In this document: positions 34,971-43,953 of the stretch, in pieces
Layout: each line of letters opens with the position of its first letter
Numbering within the stretch: position 1 is the stretch's first letter
Origin: an uncultured Actinomycetes bacterium
Lineage (GTDB): Bacteria > Actinomycetota > Acidimicrobiia > IMCC26256 > PALSA-610
Reading direction: 5' to 3'
Assembly (NCBI GenBank): GCA_963829195.1
Contig: CAWHHS010000006.1
Location: 726,510 to 790,509 of the forward strand
Length of the DNA: 64,000 nt
The notes under the pieces: model-generated
Databases searched by the model: none
What the model was told of the DNA's origin: nothing
What the model saw: the letters and a program-made list of their open reading frames with translations, nothing else
Program-made: the position numbers and the translations under genes

Positions 34971-36435
34971 CCCGCGCCGACTCGGGCAGGTACGGCGCCA
35001 GGGTCGCGACCAGCGCGCGGTCGCCCCGGGTCGTGACGAGCGCGCGGGCGATCGCGTCGTCGAGCGTGACCGTGCCCGCGAGCAGCTGGAGGGTCGCGGG
35101 GAACGACGCGTCGATCTCGGCCGCGACCGGCTCGACGCGCCCGCGTTCGGCGCGCAGCGGGGCGCCGTCGCCGTTCCCGGCCAGCGACCACACCGCGGGC
35201 GGGCCGTCGTGGCTCACCACGAACGCGAGGGAGCCGCCGGCAAGCGCCTCCCCCGCGGGCCGGGCGCGCGCCGCGAGGTCGCGCAGCGCGACCTCGAGCA
35301 CCTCGTCGGCATCGAGGTCGCGCACGATACGGGCGAGCTCAGCGTCCGAGAGGCCGGCGACGAGGAGCGTCAGCCATTGGCCACGGCCGTCGGGCTCGAC
35401 GACCGAACGGGAGCGGATCATGCGGACGAGCGCGCCGACGACCAGCCCGGCCCCGACGCCGAAGGCGACGACGACTTCGACTCTCGTCAACCAGTGCGGA
35501 CCCGCGTCGGGGAGCTGGGACTTCCACAGCGCGGCGAGGTCGGTCGCACCGCCGATCAACGCGACGAGCAACCCGACGAAGATGACGCCGTACAGCGCCT
35601 CGGCGCGTCGGCGCACCACCGCGATCACGGTCGGCACGGCCGCGATCCAGACCGCGATCGAGACGAAGCTGCCGCCCAGGAACTGCAGGAGCTTGGACGG
35701 GTTCGCGCCGGGCCGCGGGATCTCGAACGCGATCGCGTGGGCCATGTCGGCGGCGACGATCACGACGAGGAGCACGGCGAGCAGTCGCCACCACCGTGGG
35801 AGCAGCGCGGCGAGCGCACCGGCGACGAACAGCACGACGATCACCGGGATCCACGGCACGCCGCTCGGTCCCGGCACCCAGTCGAGCGCGACCGCGATCG
35901 CGACCCGGTCGCCGTTGGCGAGATGGACCACGATGTTCTGACGGGAGATGTTGTAGAGGCGGCCGGGATCCTGGGCGACGGGCGGCGGCGGTTGCGAGCT
36001 CATCCAGTGGATGCGATGGTCGTGCCAACGCGCCGTGTGGGCGCTCGAGATCTTCTTCCATTCGGGCGTCGCCGTCGGCGACGTGTCGACGCCCGCCGGA
36101 ACGCTGCCCCCGAGCCGCGTGCGGTTGATGTAGGTCGCCTGCGAGTGGAGGTTCTCGAAGACCCCGTCGGGCCCGATCCGCAGGTAGGGCTCGTCCTCGT
36201 AGCCGAGAACGGTGACGTCGCTCGCCGTGCGATTGGTCAGCTCGATCTTGTTCCCGAGGTCGACGACACGAGCACTGATCCCCGGTACGGCCGGCGCGAT
36301 CGCGACGACGCGGCTGCGGTAATTCGTGGGCCGGGGGCCCGAGATCGTGTGCGCGGAGGCCGGGCCCGCGGTGATCCCAACCACGGCGGCGACCCCGACG
36401 ACGACACCGGCGATCCGGACGACCCAAGGACGCAC
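34933..36435 (-). CDS. Membrane protein with an N-terminal periplasmic His-first domain, a multi-pass TM core and a C-terminal SCP2-like domain. Unknown function. Sits in the copper locus.
   Basis: Signal peptide ...GPASA|HTISGPRP...WHDHRIHWMS; 5-6 predicted TM helices; the C-terminus LAGTVTLDDAIARALVTTRGDRALVATLAPYL is SCP2-like. Intact, 500 aa. Confidence 0.55.
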   Translation of the reverse strand: MRPWVVRIAGVVVGVAAVVGITAGPASAHTISGPRPTNYRSRVVAIAPAVPGISARVVDLGNKIELTNRTASDVTVLGYEDEPYLRIGPDGVFENLHSQATYINRTRLGGSVPAGVDTSPTATPEWKKISSAHTARWHDHRIHWMSSQPPPPVAQDPGRLYNISRQNIVVHLANGDRVAIAVALDWVPGPSGVPWIPVIVVLFVAGALAALLPRWWRLLAVLLVVIVAADMAHAIAFEIPRPGANPSKLLQFLGGSFVSIAVWIAAVPTVIAVVRRRAEALYGVIFVGLLVALIGGATDLAALWKSQLPDAGPHWLTRVEVVVAFGVGAGLVVGALVRMIRSRSVVEPDGRGQWLTLLVAGLSDAELARIVRDLDADEVLEVALRDLAARARPAGEALAGGSLAFVVSHDGPPAVWSLAGNGDGAPLRAERGRVEPVAAEIDASFPATLQLLAGTVTLDDAIARALVTTRGDRALVATLAPYLPESARVSPAGEGPVSAP

Positions 36436-36522
36436 GGGACCACGCTACGGCGCGCGTCCCCTCGACCGGGGACCGGCCTGCTCCGGAGTGCGGTGCCCGC
36501 AGGTCGTAATGTGACGCGCTCG

Positions 36523-38238
36523 ATGAGAGCAGCGCGCCTGGGCCGGCTCTGCGTCGTGCCGGCGCTCGCGGGACTCATCCTCGTCGCGACCGCGGCCCCG
36601 GCGTGGGCCCACGCGATCCTGAAGGACACGAACCCGCCGAAGGACGGCGTCGCGGCCGTGTCCCCGCCGCAGCTCTCCCTCACCTACAACGAGAACGTCG
36701 AGGTCTCGTTCGGGGCGATCCGCGTCTACACCTGCGCGGGGAAGCGCATCACGACCGGCGAACCGAAGCACTCGCCGACGAGCGGTCACACGGTGCTCGT
36801 GTCGGTGCCGAAGCTCGCGCCGGGGGTGTACCTCGTCGCGTGGCGCGTGATCTCCGCCGACTCCCACCCCGTCGAAGGCACGTATTCGTTCCGGATCGGC
36901 GCCGGCGGCGCGTCGAGCGTGAACGGGTGTGCGACGGAGACCAACGCCAAGAGCAGTGCGACGGTCGGCACGTTGTTCGGAGTCGCCCGGGCGGGCGTCT
37001 TCACCGGACTCGCGCTCCTGATCGGCGGGGTCGTGTTCCTCGTCCTCATCTCCGGCGCGACGAGCGCGGCCCGCGCGACGCGGCGACTGATCTGGGCCGG
37101 TTGGATCGTCCTCACGATCTCGTCGGTCGCGGCGGTGATGCTGCAGGGCCCGTACGCGGCAGGCTCGGGCATCGGCGACGCGGTCAAATCGACGGTGCTC
37201 CGTGACGTCCTGCACACCCGCTACGGGCACGTCACCGAGGTCAGGATGCTCGCGCTGCTCGGCGCGCTCGTGCTGCTCGTGGTCCTGAGCGTGACCGACC
37301 GCCGGGGACGGCCACCGGTCTGGTGGCTCGCGGCGGGATCGGTCGTCGCGGTCGTGCTCGCCGCGACGCCCGGGTACGCGGGCCACGCGGCCACGGGCAC
37401 CTTCACCGATTTCGCCGTGCCGCTCGACACGATCCACGTACTGGCGATGAGCATCTGGCTCGGCGGCCTGGTGGTGCTCCTCGTCGCGGCGCTGGGCGGC
37501 GGCTTCAGCGGCGGCCTCCGCCAGGCCCTCACGACCTTCTCCCGCATCGCGTTCTGGTGCGTCGTGGTGCTCGTCCTGAGCGGCGTCTTCGCGTCGTGGC
37601 GCCAGGTCGGGTTCACGATCCGCGGCTACACCGACACGACCTACGGCCACCTCCTGTTGATCAAGCTCGCGATCGTCGTCGGCCTGGTCGCCATCGCGGC
37701 GGTCAGCCGCGCCATCGTCCGCCAACGCGTCTCGGCGCCCCTCGACGCCCCCGACAGCGCGATCGCGGCGATCGACGAACGGACCGTCGGCGGGCTGCGC
37801 CGTTCCGTCGCGGGCGAAGTGGTGTTCGGCATCGCGGTCCTCGCCGTCACCGCCGTGCTCGTGAACGCGCAACCGGCCCGCAGCGAGCTGTCACCGAAGC
37901 TGTTCGCGGGTTCCGTCAGCGCCGGCACCGGCCCGACCGCGATGACCATCCAGGTGACGGTCGACCCCGCGCGCACGGGTGTGAACACGATCCACGTGTA
38001 CACGCTCACGCCCAAGGGCGCCGACCTCACCATCCGGAACATGACGGCCAAGCTCGTGAGCGTCGACCGGACGACCACGGTTCCGGCGAACCTCGTGCGG
38101 GCGGGGCCGAACCACTTCCTCACCGAGAACGCGACGATCACGACGCCCGGGAAGTATCAGATGCTCATCGAGGTGGAGCAGCTGATCGACGGGCGCCTCG
38201 TCGACACCCCCGGCGTGTTGAAGATCCCGATCGGCTGA
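36523..38238 (+). CDS. CopC-CopD fusion copper resistance / uptake protein (YcnJ-like) with a C-terminal YtkA-like domain.
   Basis: Signal peptide ...APAWA|HAILKDTNPPKDGVAAV... (CopC fold), then an 8-TM CopD-like region rich in conserved His/Trp, then the C-terminal domain TIQVTVDPARTGVNTIHVY. Confidence 0.8.
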   Translation: MRAARLGRLCVVPALAGLILVATAAPAWAHAILKDTNPPKDGVAAVSPPQLSLTYNENVEVSFGAIRVYTCAGKRITTGEPKHSPTSGHTVLVSVPKLAPGVYLVAWRVISADSHPVEGTYSFRIGAGGASSVNGCATETNAKSSATVGTLFGVARAGVFTGLALLIGGVVFLVLISGATSAARATRRLIWAGWIVLTISSVAAVMLQGPYAAGSGIGDAVKSTVLRDVLHTRYGHVTEVRMLALLGALVLLVVLSVTDRRGRPPVWWLAAGSVVAVVLAATPGYAGHAATGTFTDFAVPLDTIHVLAMSIWLGGLVVLLVAALGGGFSGGLRQALTTFSRIAFWCVVVLVLSGVFASWRQVGFTIRGYTDTTYGHLLLIKLAIVVGLVAIAAVSRAIVRQRVSAPLDAPDSAIAAIDERTVGGLRRSVAGEVVFGIAVLAVTAVLVNAQPARSELSPKLFAGSVSAGTGPTAMTIQVTVDPARTGVNTIHVYTLTPKGADLTIRNMTAKLVSVDRTTTVPANLVRAGPNHFLTENATITTPGKYQMLIEVEQLIDGRLVDTPGVLKIPIG

Positions 38239-38262
38239 TCGGCGCGCTCGCGCCGCGGAGCG

Positions 38263-38652
38263 TTACTTGCCGTCGCGCAGGGCCTGCACGAGCTGTTCGG
38301 TCTGCTCGCGCTGTTCGTACACGAGCCGCACGATCCAGTAGCGCAGGTAACGGGTCAGCGAGTTGCGGACCCAGATGGCGATGCCGACGATCGCGATGCC
38401 GACGCCGATGACCGCGAAGATCTGAGACCGCAGCTCCGTATCGGTGTTGTTCGCGCCCGAGTCGAGCGCGTTCCAGAACGAGATGATCGCGACGACGAAG
38501 CCGAGGATCGTCAGGCCGATGCCCCACCACGCACCGATGCGCTCGGGGTTGGCACCGCCGCCCGTCACCTTGAGCTTGCCGACCTCGGCTTCGAACTGCG
38601 CCAGGCGCGACGACGACATCGTGCCGCTCGCATCGGTGTGTTCGTCGTTCAT
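38263..38652 (-). CDS. Small membrane protein encoded last in the ABC transporter operon. Hypothetical.
   Basis: GAGGAG Shine-Dalgarno site 9 nt upstream of the ATG. MNDEHTDASGTMSSSRLAQFEAEVGKLKV...two TM helices (WWGIGLTILGFVVAIISFW; IFAVIGVGIAIVGIAIWV). Confidence 0.5.
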   Translation of the reverse strand: MNDEHTDASGTMSSSRLAQFEAEVGKLKVTGGGANPERIGAWWGIGLTILGFVVAIISFWNALDSGANNTDTELRSQIFAVIGVGIAIVGIAIWVRNSLTRYLRYWIVRLVYEQREQTEQLVQALRDGK

Positions 38653-38689
38653 GACTCGGAACTCCTCATTGGGATCGAGTGGCCCCCGG

Positions 38690-39444
38690 GGCTGAATGTT
38701 CGGCGCCAAGATCACGCGTCCGACAGCTCGCCTGCGATGCTCGCGGGCGGGCCGGTGTGGAGCAGGCGGCCGTGGAGCATGATCCCGGCCCGGTCGGCGA
38801 GACCGAGGATCTCGTGCGCGAACTGCTCGACGATCAGGATCGACAGTCCGGCAGGCCGCGATCCGGCGCACGTGGTCGTAGAGCTCTTCGACGATGATCG
38901 GCGCGAGCCCCATCGAGAGCTCGTCGATCAGCAGCACCGCGGGCTCGGTCGCGAGTGCCCGGGCCATCGACAGCATCTGCTGCTCGCCGCCCGACATCGT
39001 TCCCGCGGTCTGCCTGCGCCGCTCTCCGAGCCGCGGGAACTGCTCGAACGCGAGATCGACCACGTCCTTGTAGGAGTGGCCGGTGTAGGTGGCCATGCGC
39101 AGGTTCTCGGACACGGTCAGGTTCGGGAAGATCCCGCGGCCCTCGGGGATGAGACACACACCGGCACGCGCCAGTGCGTCCGGGGGGACGCCGGTGACGT
39201 CGCGCCCACAGAGGAGCACTCCGCCGGAGCTCGGCGTGATCTGGCCGCATGCCACCGAGAGCGTCGTCGACTTCCCGGCGCCGTTCGGGCCGAGGAGCGC
39301 GAACACCTCGCCGGGGCGCACGTCGAGATCGATCCCGTGCAGCACGTCGATGCGGCCGTAGCCGGCCCGCACCGCCTTGAGCTGAAGGATGGGGACGACG
39401 TCCGCGACATCGTCGCGGGGCGGGCCGGGTTGGATCGCGGTCAC
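38690..39444 (-). CDS. Branched-chain amino acid ABC transporter ATP-binding protein (LivF-like). C-terminus frameshifted.
   Basis: VTAIQPG...ILQLKAVRAGYGRIDVLHGIDLDVRPGEVFALLGPNGAGKSTTL...MSGGEQQMLSMARALATEPAVLLIDELSMGLAP. GTGA overlap with the upstream gene. Confidence 0.8.
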
Positions 39445-40175
39445 GACGCCGACTTCGCGGTTCCGAGGTACACGCGTTGCACCGAGGGGTCGGCCTGGAT
39501 CTCCGCGGGCGTGCCCCGGGCGATGACCCGGCCGAAGTCGAGCACGCTGATGTGCGCGCACGCTTCCATCACGAGCGGCATGTCGTGCTCGACGAGGAGC
39601 ACGCCGAGGCCACCCGCGGTCAGCTCGTGCAACAACACGCCGAGCGCATCGGTCTCCTGCTCGTCGAGCCCCGAGGACGGCTCGTCGAGCAGCAGCACCT
39701 TCGGTTCGGTGGCCAGCGCGCGCGCCAGTTCGACGAGCCGCGCGCTCCCGGTCGGCAGCGACTCGACCCGGGTGTCGGCGACGCTGGCCGCGCCGACCCG
39801 TTCGAGCAGTTCGTCGGCGACCTTCGCGCAGTCGTAGCGAGAGGATGCCCAGCGGCGGCGCATCTCCAGCGCGACGAGCACGTTCTCGCGCGCGGTCAGG
39901 CTGCCGAACGCCTCCAACCGTTGGAACGTGCGCGCGATGCCGAGCCGCGCGCGCTTGAAGGGCCGCCGGCGGGTGACGTCGACGCCGTCGAGCAGGACGC
40001 GTCCACCGCTCGGGGTCTGCAGGCCGGTGATCACGTTGAACAGCGTCGTCTTCCCGGCCCCGTTGGGTCCGATGAGGCCGGTGACACAACCTTCGGGGAC
40101 CGAGATCGACGCGTCGTCGACCGCGAGCAGCCCACCGAACTGCACCGACACCCCTTCGATCTCGAGCAGCCCCAC
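39441..40175 (-). CDS. Branched-chain amino acid ABC transporter ATP-binding protein (LivG-like). Intact.
   Basis: LLEIEGVSVQFGGLLAVDDASISVPEGCVTGLIGPNGAGKTTLFNVITG...LPTGSARLVELARALATEPKVLLLDEPSSGLD. Confidence 0.9.
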   Translation of the reverse strand: MGLLEIEGVSVQFGGLLAVDDASISVPEGCVTGLIGPNGAGKTTLFNVITGLQTPSGGRVLLDGVDVTRRRPFKRARLGIARTFQRLEAFGSLTARENVLVALEMRRRWASSRYDCAKVADELLERVGAASVADTRVESLPTGSARLVELARALATEPKVLLLDEPSSGLDEQETDALGVLLHELTAGGLGVLLVEHDMPLVMEACAHISVLDFGRVIARGTPAEIQADPSVQRVYLGTAKSAS

Positions 40176-42326
40176 TCATCCGCTCCTGACGACGGCGACG
40201 CCGCGGGGAACTTCGTTGCTGATGCCGAGCGCGCGGTCGACGAGCAGCACGTCGGACTCCTCGAACGGCCTCGAAAGGCCCAGCTCGCCCACCTCGGGTT
40301 CGGCGGACGCCGCGGTCATCTCCTCGTACTCGCGGCGCGCGTCGGCCCGCCACGGTAGGAGCCGGGCGAAACCTTCGCCGATCGGCACGACCGCACCCGA
40401 CGGGTTCTGGATGATGCCGAGCACCGCGAGGCCCGGTGCGAGATAGGTGACGCCGAGCCACAGCGAGATGTGCCAGTCGGCCTGGATGACCACCAGCCCG
40501 AGCCCGAAGATGCCGGCGAACAACGCTCCGGAGACGAAACCGACGCCGCCGATGACGAGCGCGAGGACGACCGGCAGACCCGCGATCATCTCGAAGCCGT
40601 GCGCCCCGTTCAGCGTCCCGAACGACATCGCGAAGAACGCACCGGCGAAACCTGCGATCCCGGCCGACAACGAGAACACGGCGAGCTTCGTCTCGAGCAC
40701 GTTCACGCCGACGGTCACCGACGCGGCCTCGCTGTCGCGCAGCGCGACGAGACGGCGGCCGAACGCGCTGCGTCTGAGCGCGACGACACCGATCCCGCAC
40801 AGCCCGAACACGACCGTGACCAGGATCAGCAACGGCTTCGGGTTCGACGACTGCGAGTTCGCGAAGTTGATGCCGAACATGTGGACGCCTTCGACCGAGC
40901 GCTCTCCGGCCCCGATCGCGAACGGTTGGGTGTAGAACACCGATTCGACCATCGCCGCGAAGGCCAACGTCGCGAGCGCGAGGTAGAGACCCTGCAGCCG
41001 CATGGCCGGGAACGCGAACAGCGCACCGATCGGAACCGTCACGAGGGCCGCGAGGAACACGGCCCAGATGCTTCCGTGCGCACCGCCCAGGCGCGCGTAG
41101 GCGACCGCACCGATTCCCGCGAACGCGAGCGGCGCCAGTGACACCTGTCCCGCCCACCCGGTGAGCGGGACGAGCGAGAGCGCGACGAGCGCGGTGCACA
41201 TCCCGATCGTGACCCGGCTGACGTTCGTGGGATTGCTGCTCGAGAGGAAGAGGCTCAGGATCGTGACGGCCGCGACGAGGACCGCCATCCCGATCGCCGT
41301 GTCCCGGACCGACGAAACGCGTTCCACCCGTTTGACCTGGCCGATCCGAGCGAACTGGATCTCGGCGCGCGGCAACAGCAGCAGCACGATGAACAACATG
41401 ATCTCGGGCAGGACGTCGGGCACGTTCGTCCAACGATCGGAGAACTTGAGGAAGCCGCCCATCCACTGGGTCGCGAGGGCGAGGATCAGCGCCCCGAGAT
41501 ACGTGAGCGGCAGGCTGCGCAACCGGCCGACGACCGCGGCCGCGAACGCGGTGATGATCAGGAACGTCAACGTCGTCGTCGACATGTCGGCCGTCTCCGG
41601 CGCGAGAAGGATGCCGGCCAGCGCGGCGAGGGAACAGCCGAGCGCCCACGCCACGCTCGAGAGCACGCTCGAACGAGCGCCACCCAACGCGGCGAGATCA
41701 CGGTTGTCGACGACCGCCCGCATCGCGATACCGACCCGGGTCCGGAACAACAGGATGCGCAAGCCGATCGCGAGCGCGATCGCGACCGCGATCGTGATGA
41801 ACCGGTGCCAGGTCACGAGCACCTGACCGATGTGGAAGCCGTGGCCCTGGAACAGTGCCGGCATCGAGTGCGCGTTGCTCTGGTTCCAGATCATGTTCGC
41901 GAGCCCGATGAGGGCGAACATGAGCCCGACCGTGACCATGAGCTGGACCACCAGGGGCTTGCCCTGGAGGTGGCGCATAATCGTGCGGTCGAGGAGGATC
42001 CCGAAGAGCGGCGCCGCGACGAGCACGACCAGCGGGAGCACCACGAGTTGTGGCATTCCGTGGTCGACTGTGAGCTCCCAGTCGACGTAGGCGAAGAACA
42101 TGCCGATCGCGCCCTGGGCGAAGTTGAACACCCCCGTCGTCGTGTAGACGACGACGAGCCCGCTCGCGAGCATCGCGTAGATGCCCGCGACCGGGAGCGC
42201 GAGGACGACGAGGCTGGTCAGGCTGGTCCCGTTGACGGGGTTCCCCGCCCACGCGGCCTTGCTGAGCAGCACCACGAACGCGGCCGTTCCCACCCAGACC
42301 AGCAGGTTCGACCACCGTTGCGACAC
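40176..42326 (-). CDS. Fused LivH-LivM-type branched-chain amino acid ABC permease (716 aa, about 18 TM). Intact.
   Basis: Two tandem permease modules with typical Liv motifs in a single uninterrupted ORF. Confidence 0.9.
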   Translation of the reverse strand: MSQRWSNLLVWVGTAAFVVLLSKAAWAGNPVNGTSLTSLVVLALPVAGIYAMLASGLVVVYTTTGVFNFAQGAIGMFFAYVDWELTVDHGMPQLVVLPLVVLVAAPLFGILLDRTIMRHLQGKPLVVQLMVTVGLMFALIGLANMIWNQSNAHSMPALFQGHGFHIGQVLVTWHRFITIAVAIALAIGLRILLFRTRVGIAMRAVVDNRDLAALGGARSSVLSSVAWALGCSLAALAGILLAPETADMSTTTLTFLIITAFAAAVVGRLRSLPLTYLGALILALATQWMGGFLKFSDRWTNVPDVLPEIMLFIVLLLLPRAEIQFARIGQVKRVERVSSVRDTAIGMAVLVAAVTILSLFLSSSNPTNVSRVTIGMCTALVALSLVPLTGWAGQVSLAPLAFAGIGAVAYARLGGAHGSIWAVFLAALVTVPIGALFAFPAMRLQGLYLALATLAFAAMVESVFYTQPFAIGAGERSVEGVHMFGINFANSQSSNPKPLLILVTVVFGLCGIGVVALRRSAFGRRLVALRDSEAASVTVGVNVLETKLAVFSLSAGIAGFAGAFFAMSFGTLNGAHGFEMIAGLPVVLALVIGGVGFVSGALFAGIFGLGLVVIQADWHISLWLGVTYLAPGLAVLGIIQNPSGAVVPIGEGFARLLPWRADARREYEEMTAASAEPEVGELGLSRPFEESDVLLVDRALGISNEVPRGVAVVRSG

Positions 42327-42363
42327 GCCAACTCCCCTTCGTCCGGACTACGACGAACCCGCG

Positions 42364-43791
42364 CTAGCCGTGGTACTCCTTCGCCGGGTCGATGCTGATC
42401 GTCAGGGCCGGCTTCGCCACTCCCGACGCGTCCTTATCGCAGTCGAAGGTGCCGGGCTGGACCGGGTCGATCCGGACGAACTTGCCGTTCTTCACCTGCA
42501 TACCGACCACACAGGTGCTGCCGAGCTGGCGGCCGACGTCGATCGGCGGGACCATGCCGCCGGCGTCGAAGCTGTGCATGTTGCGGATCGCCGTCAGCAG
42601 GTTCGGGCGAGTGATCGCGTTGGGGTTGTCGTTGTTGGCCTTCATCGCGTCGTTCACGGCCTGGGCGAAGATCATCCCCGCGATGAACGACTGTGCGCCG
42701 AAGCCGTCGGGCGTCTTGTCGTACTTGAGGAACCCGTCGAGGGTCGCGTTCGCGCCCTTGTCCTCGAAGGGCAGGAAGTTCAGCCACACGTATTGGCCTT
42801 CGACCGCGGACCCGCCCTCTTGGATGAGGCGCTTGTCGTAGCACTGCACGGAGCAGTCCCAGACCTTCACCGAATCGACGCCCTGGACCTGTGCTTCCTT
42901 GCGCTCGAGCACGGTGCCCTTGTAGTCGAGGCCGTTGCGGGCGTAGGTGGACTTGTGGGCCTTGATCGCCTGCGCGACCTGCGTGTAGTCGGTCTGGATC
43001 GCGGTGCCGCTCTCACCGAACTCGGCGTCGCTCGTGATGCCCATCTTGTTCTCGGCGCGGTAGATCGGCATCGTCGACGCGATCGTCGACGGGAGGTCCT
43101 TCGGCACGACGAACGTGCCGTGCAACGCGCCCGCACCGAACTGCTTGAAGTAGTAGTCGTACTGCGTGTAGCCGACGTGGAACGTGCGCGGGCCGGTGCC
43201 GCTGTAGGGGCACGACGATCCGGTCGGCAGCGTCGCGAACGAGACCGGCGAGCACTGTTGCGAGACCTCGGTCTGCAGCTCGGCGATGTCGGGGAGGCCG
43301 ATCGACTGACCCGCCTTGTCCTTGCAGGAGTTCATGACACTCACGTCCTGCAGGAACAGGGCCGTGGTGCCGACCGTCGCGATCGAGTCACCACATGCGG
43401 TCGCGACCGCGTTGGCGGCGTCGGTCGGGCTCAGCTTCGCGTCGCCCTCTTTCACCACGACCTTGCGGCAGGCCAGACCGCCCTGGGAGTTCATGTAGTC
43501 GCCCCACGCCTTCATCCCGTCCCACGAGCCCTTGAAGAGGCCGGGCCGGATCGAGTTGTTGACGTCGGCGATGACCGTCACGGTGATCGTCGACGCCGTG
43601 ACGCCCGTCTCGGTGGCCTGGAGTGCGGCGGTCTTGCAAACGCTGTTGGCGGTGGTCGGCGGCGTGGTGGTGGCGCCGAGGCCACCGCCGGCGTTGTTGC
43701 TCTTGCCGCTACTCCCGCCACTGCTGCACGCAGTGACAACGAGCACCAAAGTCGTCGCGAGGACGCACCAACGCAGCCGCATTCTGTCTCC
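42364..43791 (-). CDS. ABC transporter substrate-binding lipoprotein (type-1 periplasmic binding protein; Liv/amide/urea-binding family).
   Basis: MRLRWCVLATTLVLVVTACSSG (lipobox); long Ser/Gly/Thr linker; periplasmic binding domain. Intact. Confidence 0.8.
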   Translation of the reverse strand, partial: GDRMRLRWCVLATTLVLVVTACSSGGSSGKSNNAGGGLGATTTPPTTANSVCKTAALQATETGVTASTITVTVIADVNNSIRPGLFKGSWDGMKAWGDYMNSQGGLACRKVVVKEGDAKLSPTDAANAVATACGDSIATVGTTALFLQDVSVMNSCKDKAGQSIGLPDIAELQTEVSQQCSPVSFATLPTGSSCPYSGTGPRTFHVGYTQYDYYFKQFGAGALHGTFVVPKDLPSTIASTMPIYRAENKMGITSDAEFGESGTAIQTDYTQVAQAIKAHKSTYARNGLDYKGTVLERKEAQVQGVDSVKVWDCSVQCYDKRLIQEGGSAVEGQYVWLNFLPFEDKGANATLDGFLKYDKTPDGFGAQSFIAGMIFAQAVNDAMKANNDNPNAITRPNLLTAIRNMHSFDAGGMVPPIDVGRQLGSTCVVGMQVKNGKFVRIDPVQPGTFDCDKDASGVAKPALTISIDPAKEYHG

Positions 43792-43953
43792 CCCGGGGTC
43801 GCTTGACGGGCCGAAGCGTACGGACATTGTGCACGCGTGTCGATCCGGAACGGCGCGCGCCCTTTCCGAACGTTCAGCACGGCCGCGCGAACACGGGGAG
43901 CGAACACGCCATATGCCGACCTCGGTAGGGTTGGCGGACCGCTTCACCGGAAC

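Noticed and set aside
34828-38238. The 1136-aa plus ORF and the 1128-aa minus ORF 38263..41649 appear to be giant proteins.
   Set aside because: Each is a read-through of non-coding or out-of-frame sequence into real genes (CopCD; LivF/LivG/small membrane protein). The real starts were placed from signal peptides, Shine-Dalgarno sites and homology.
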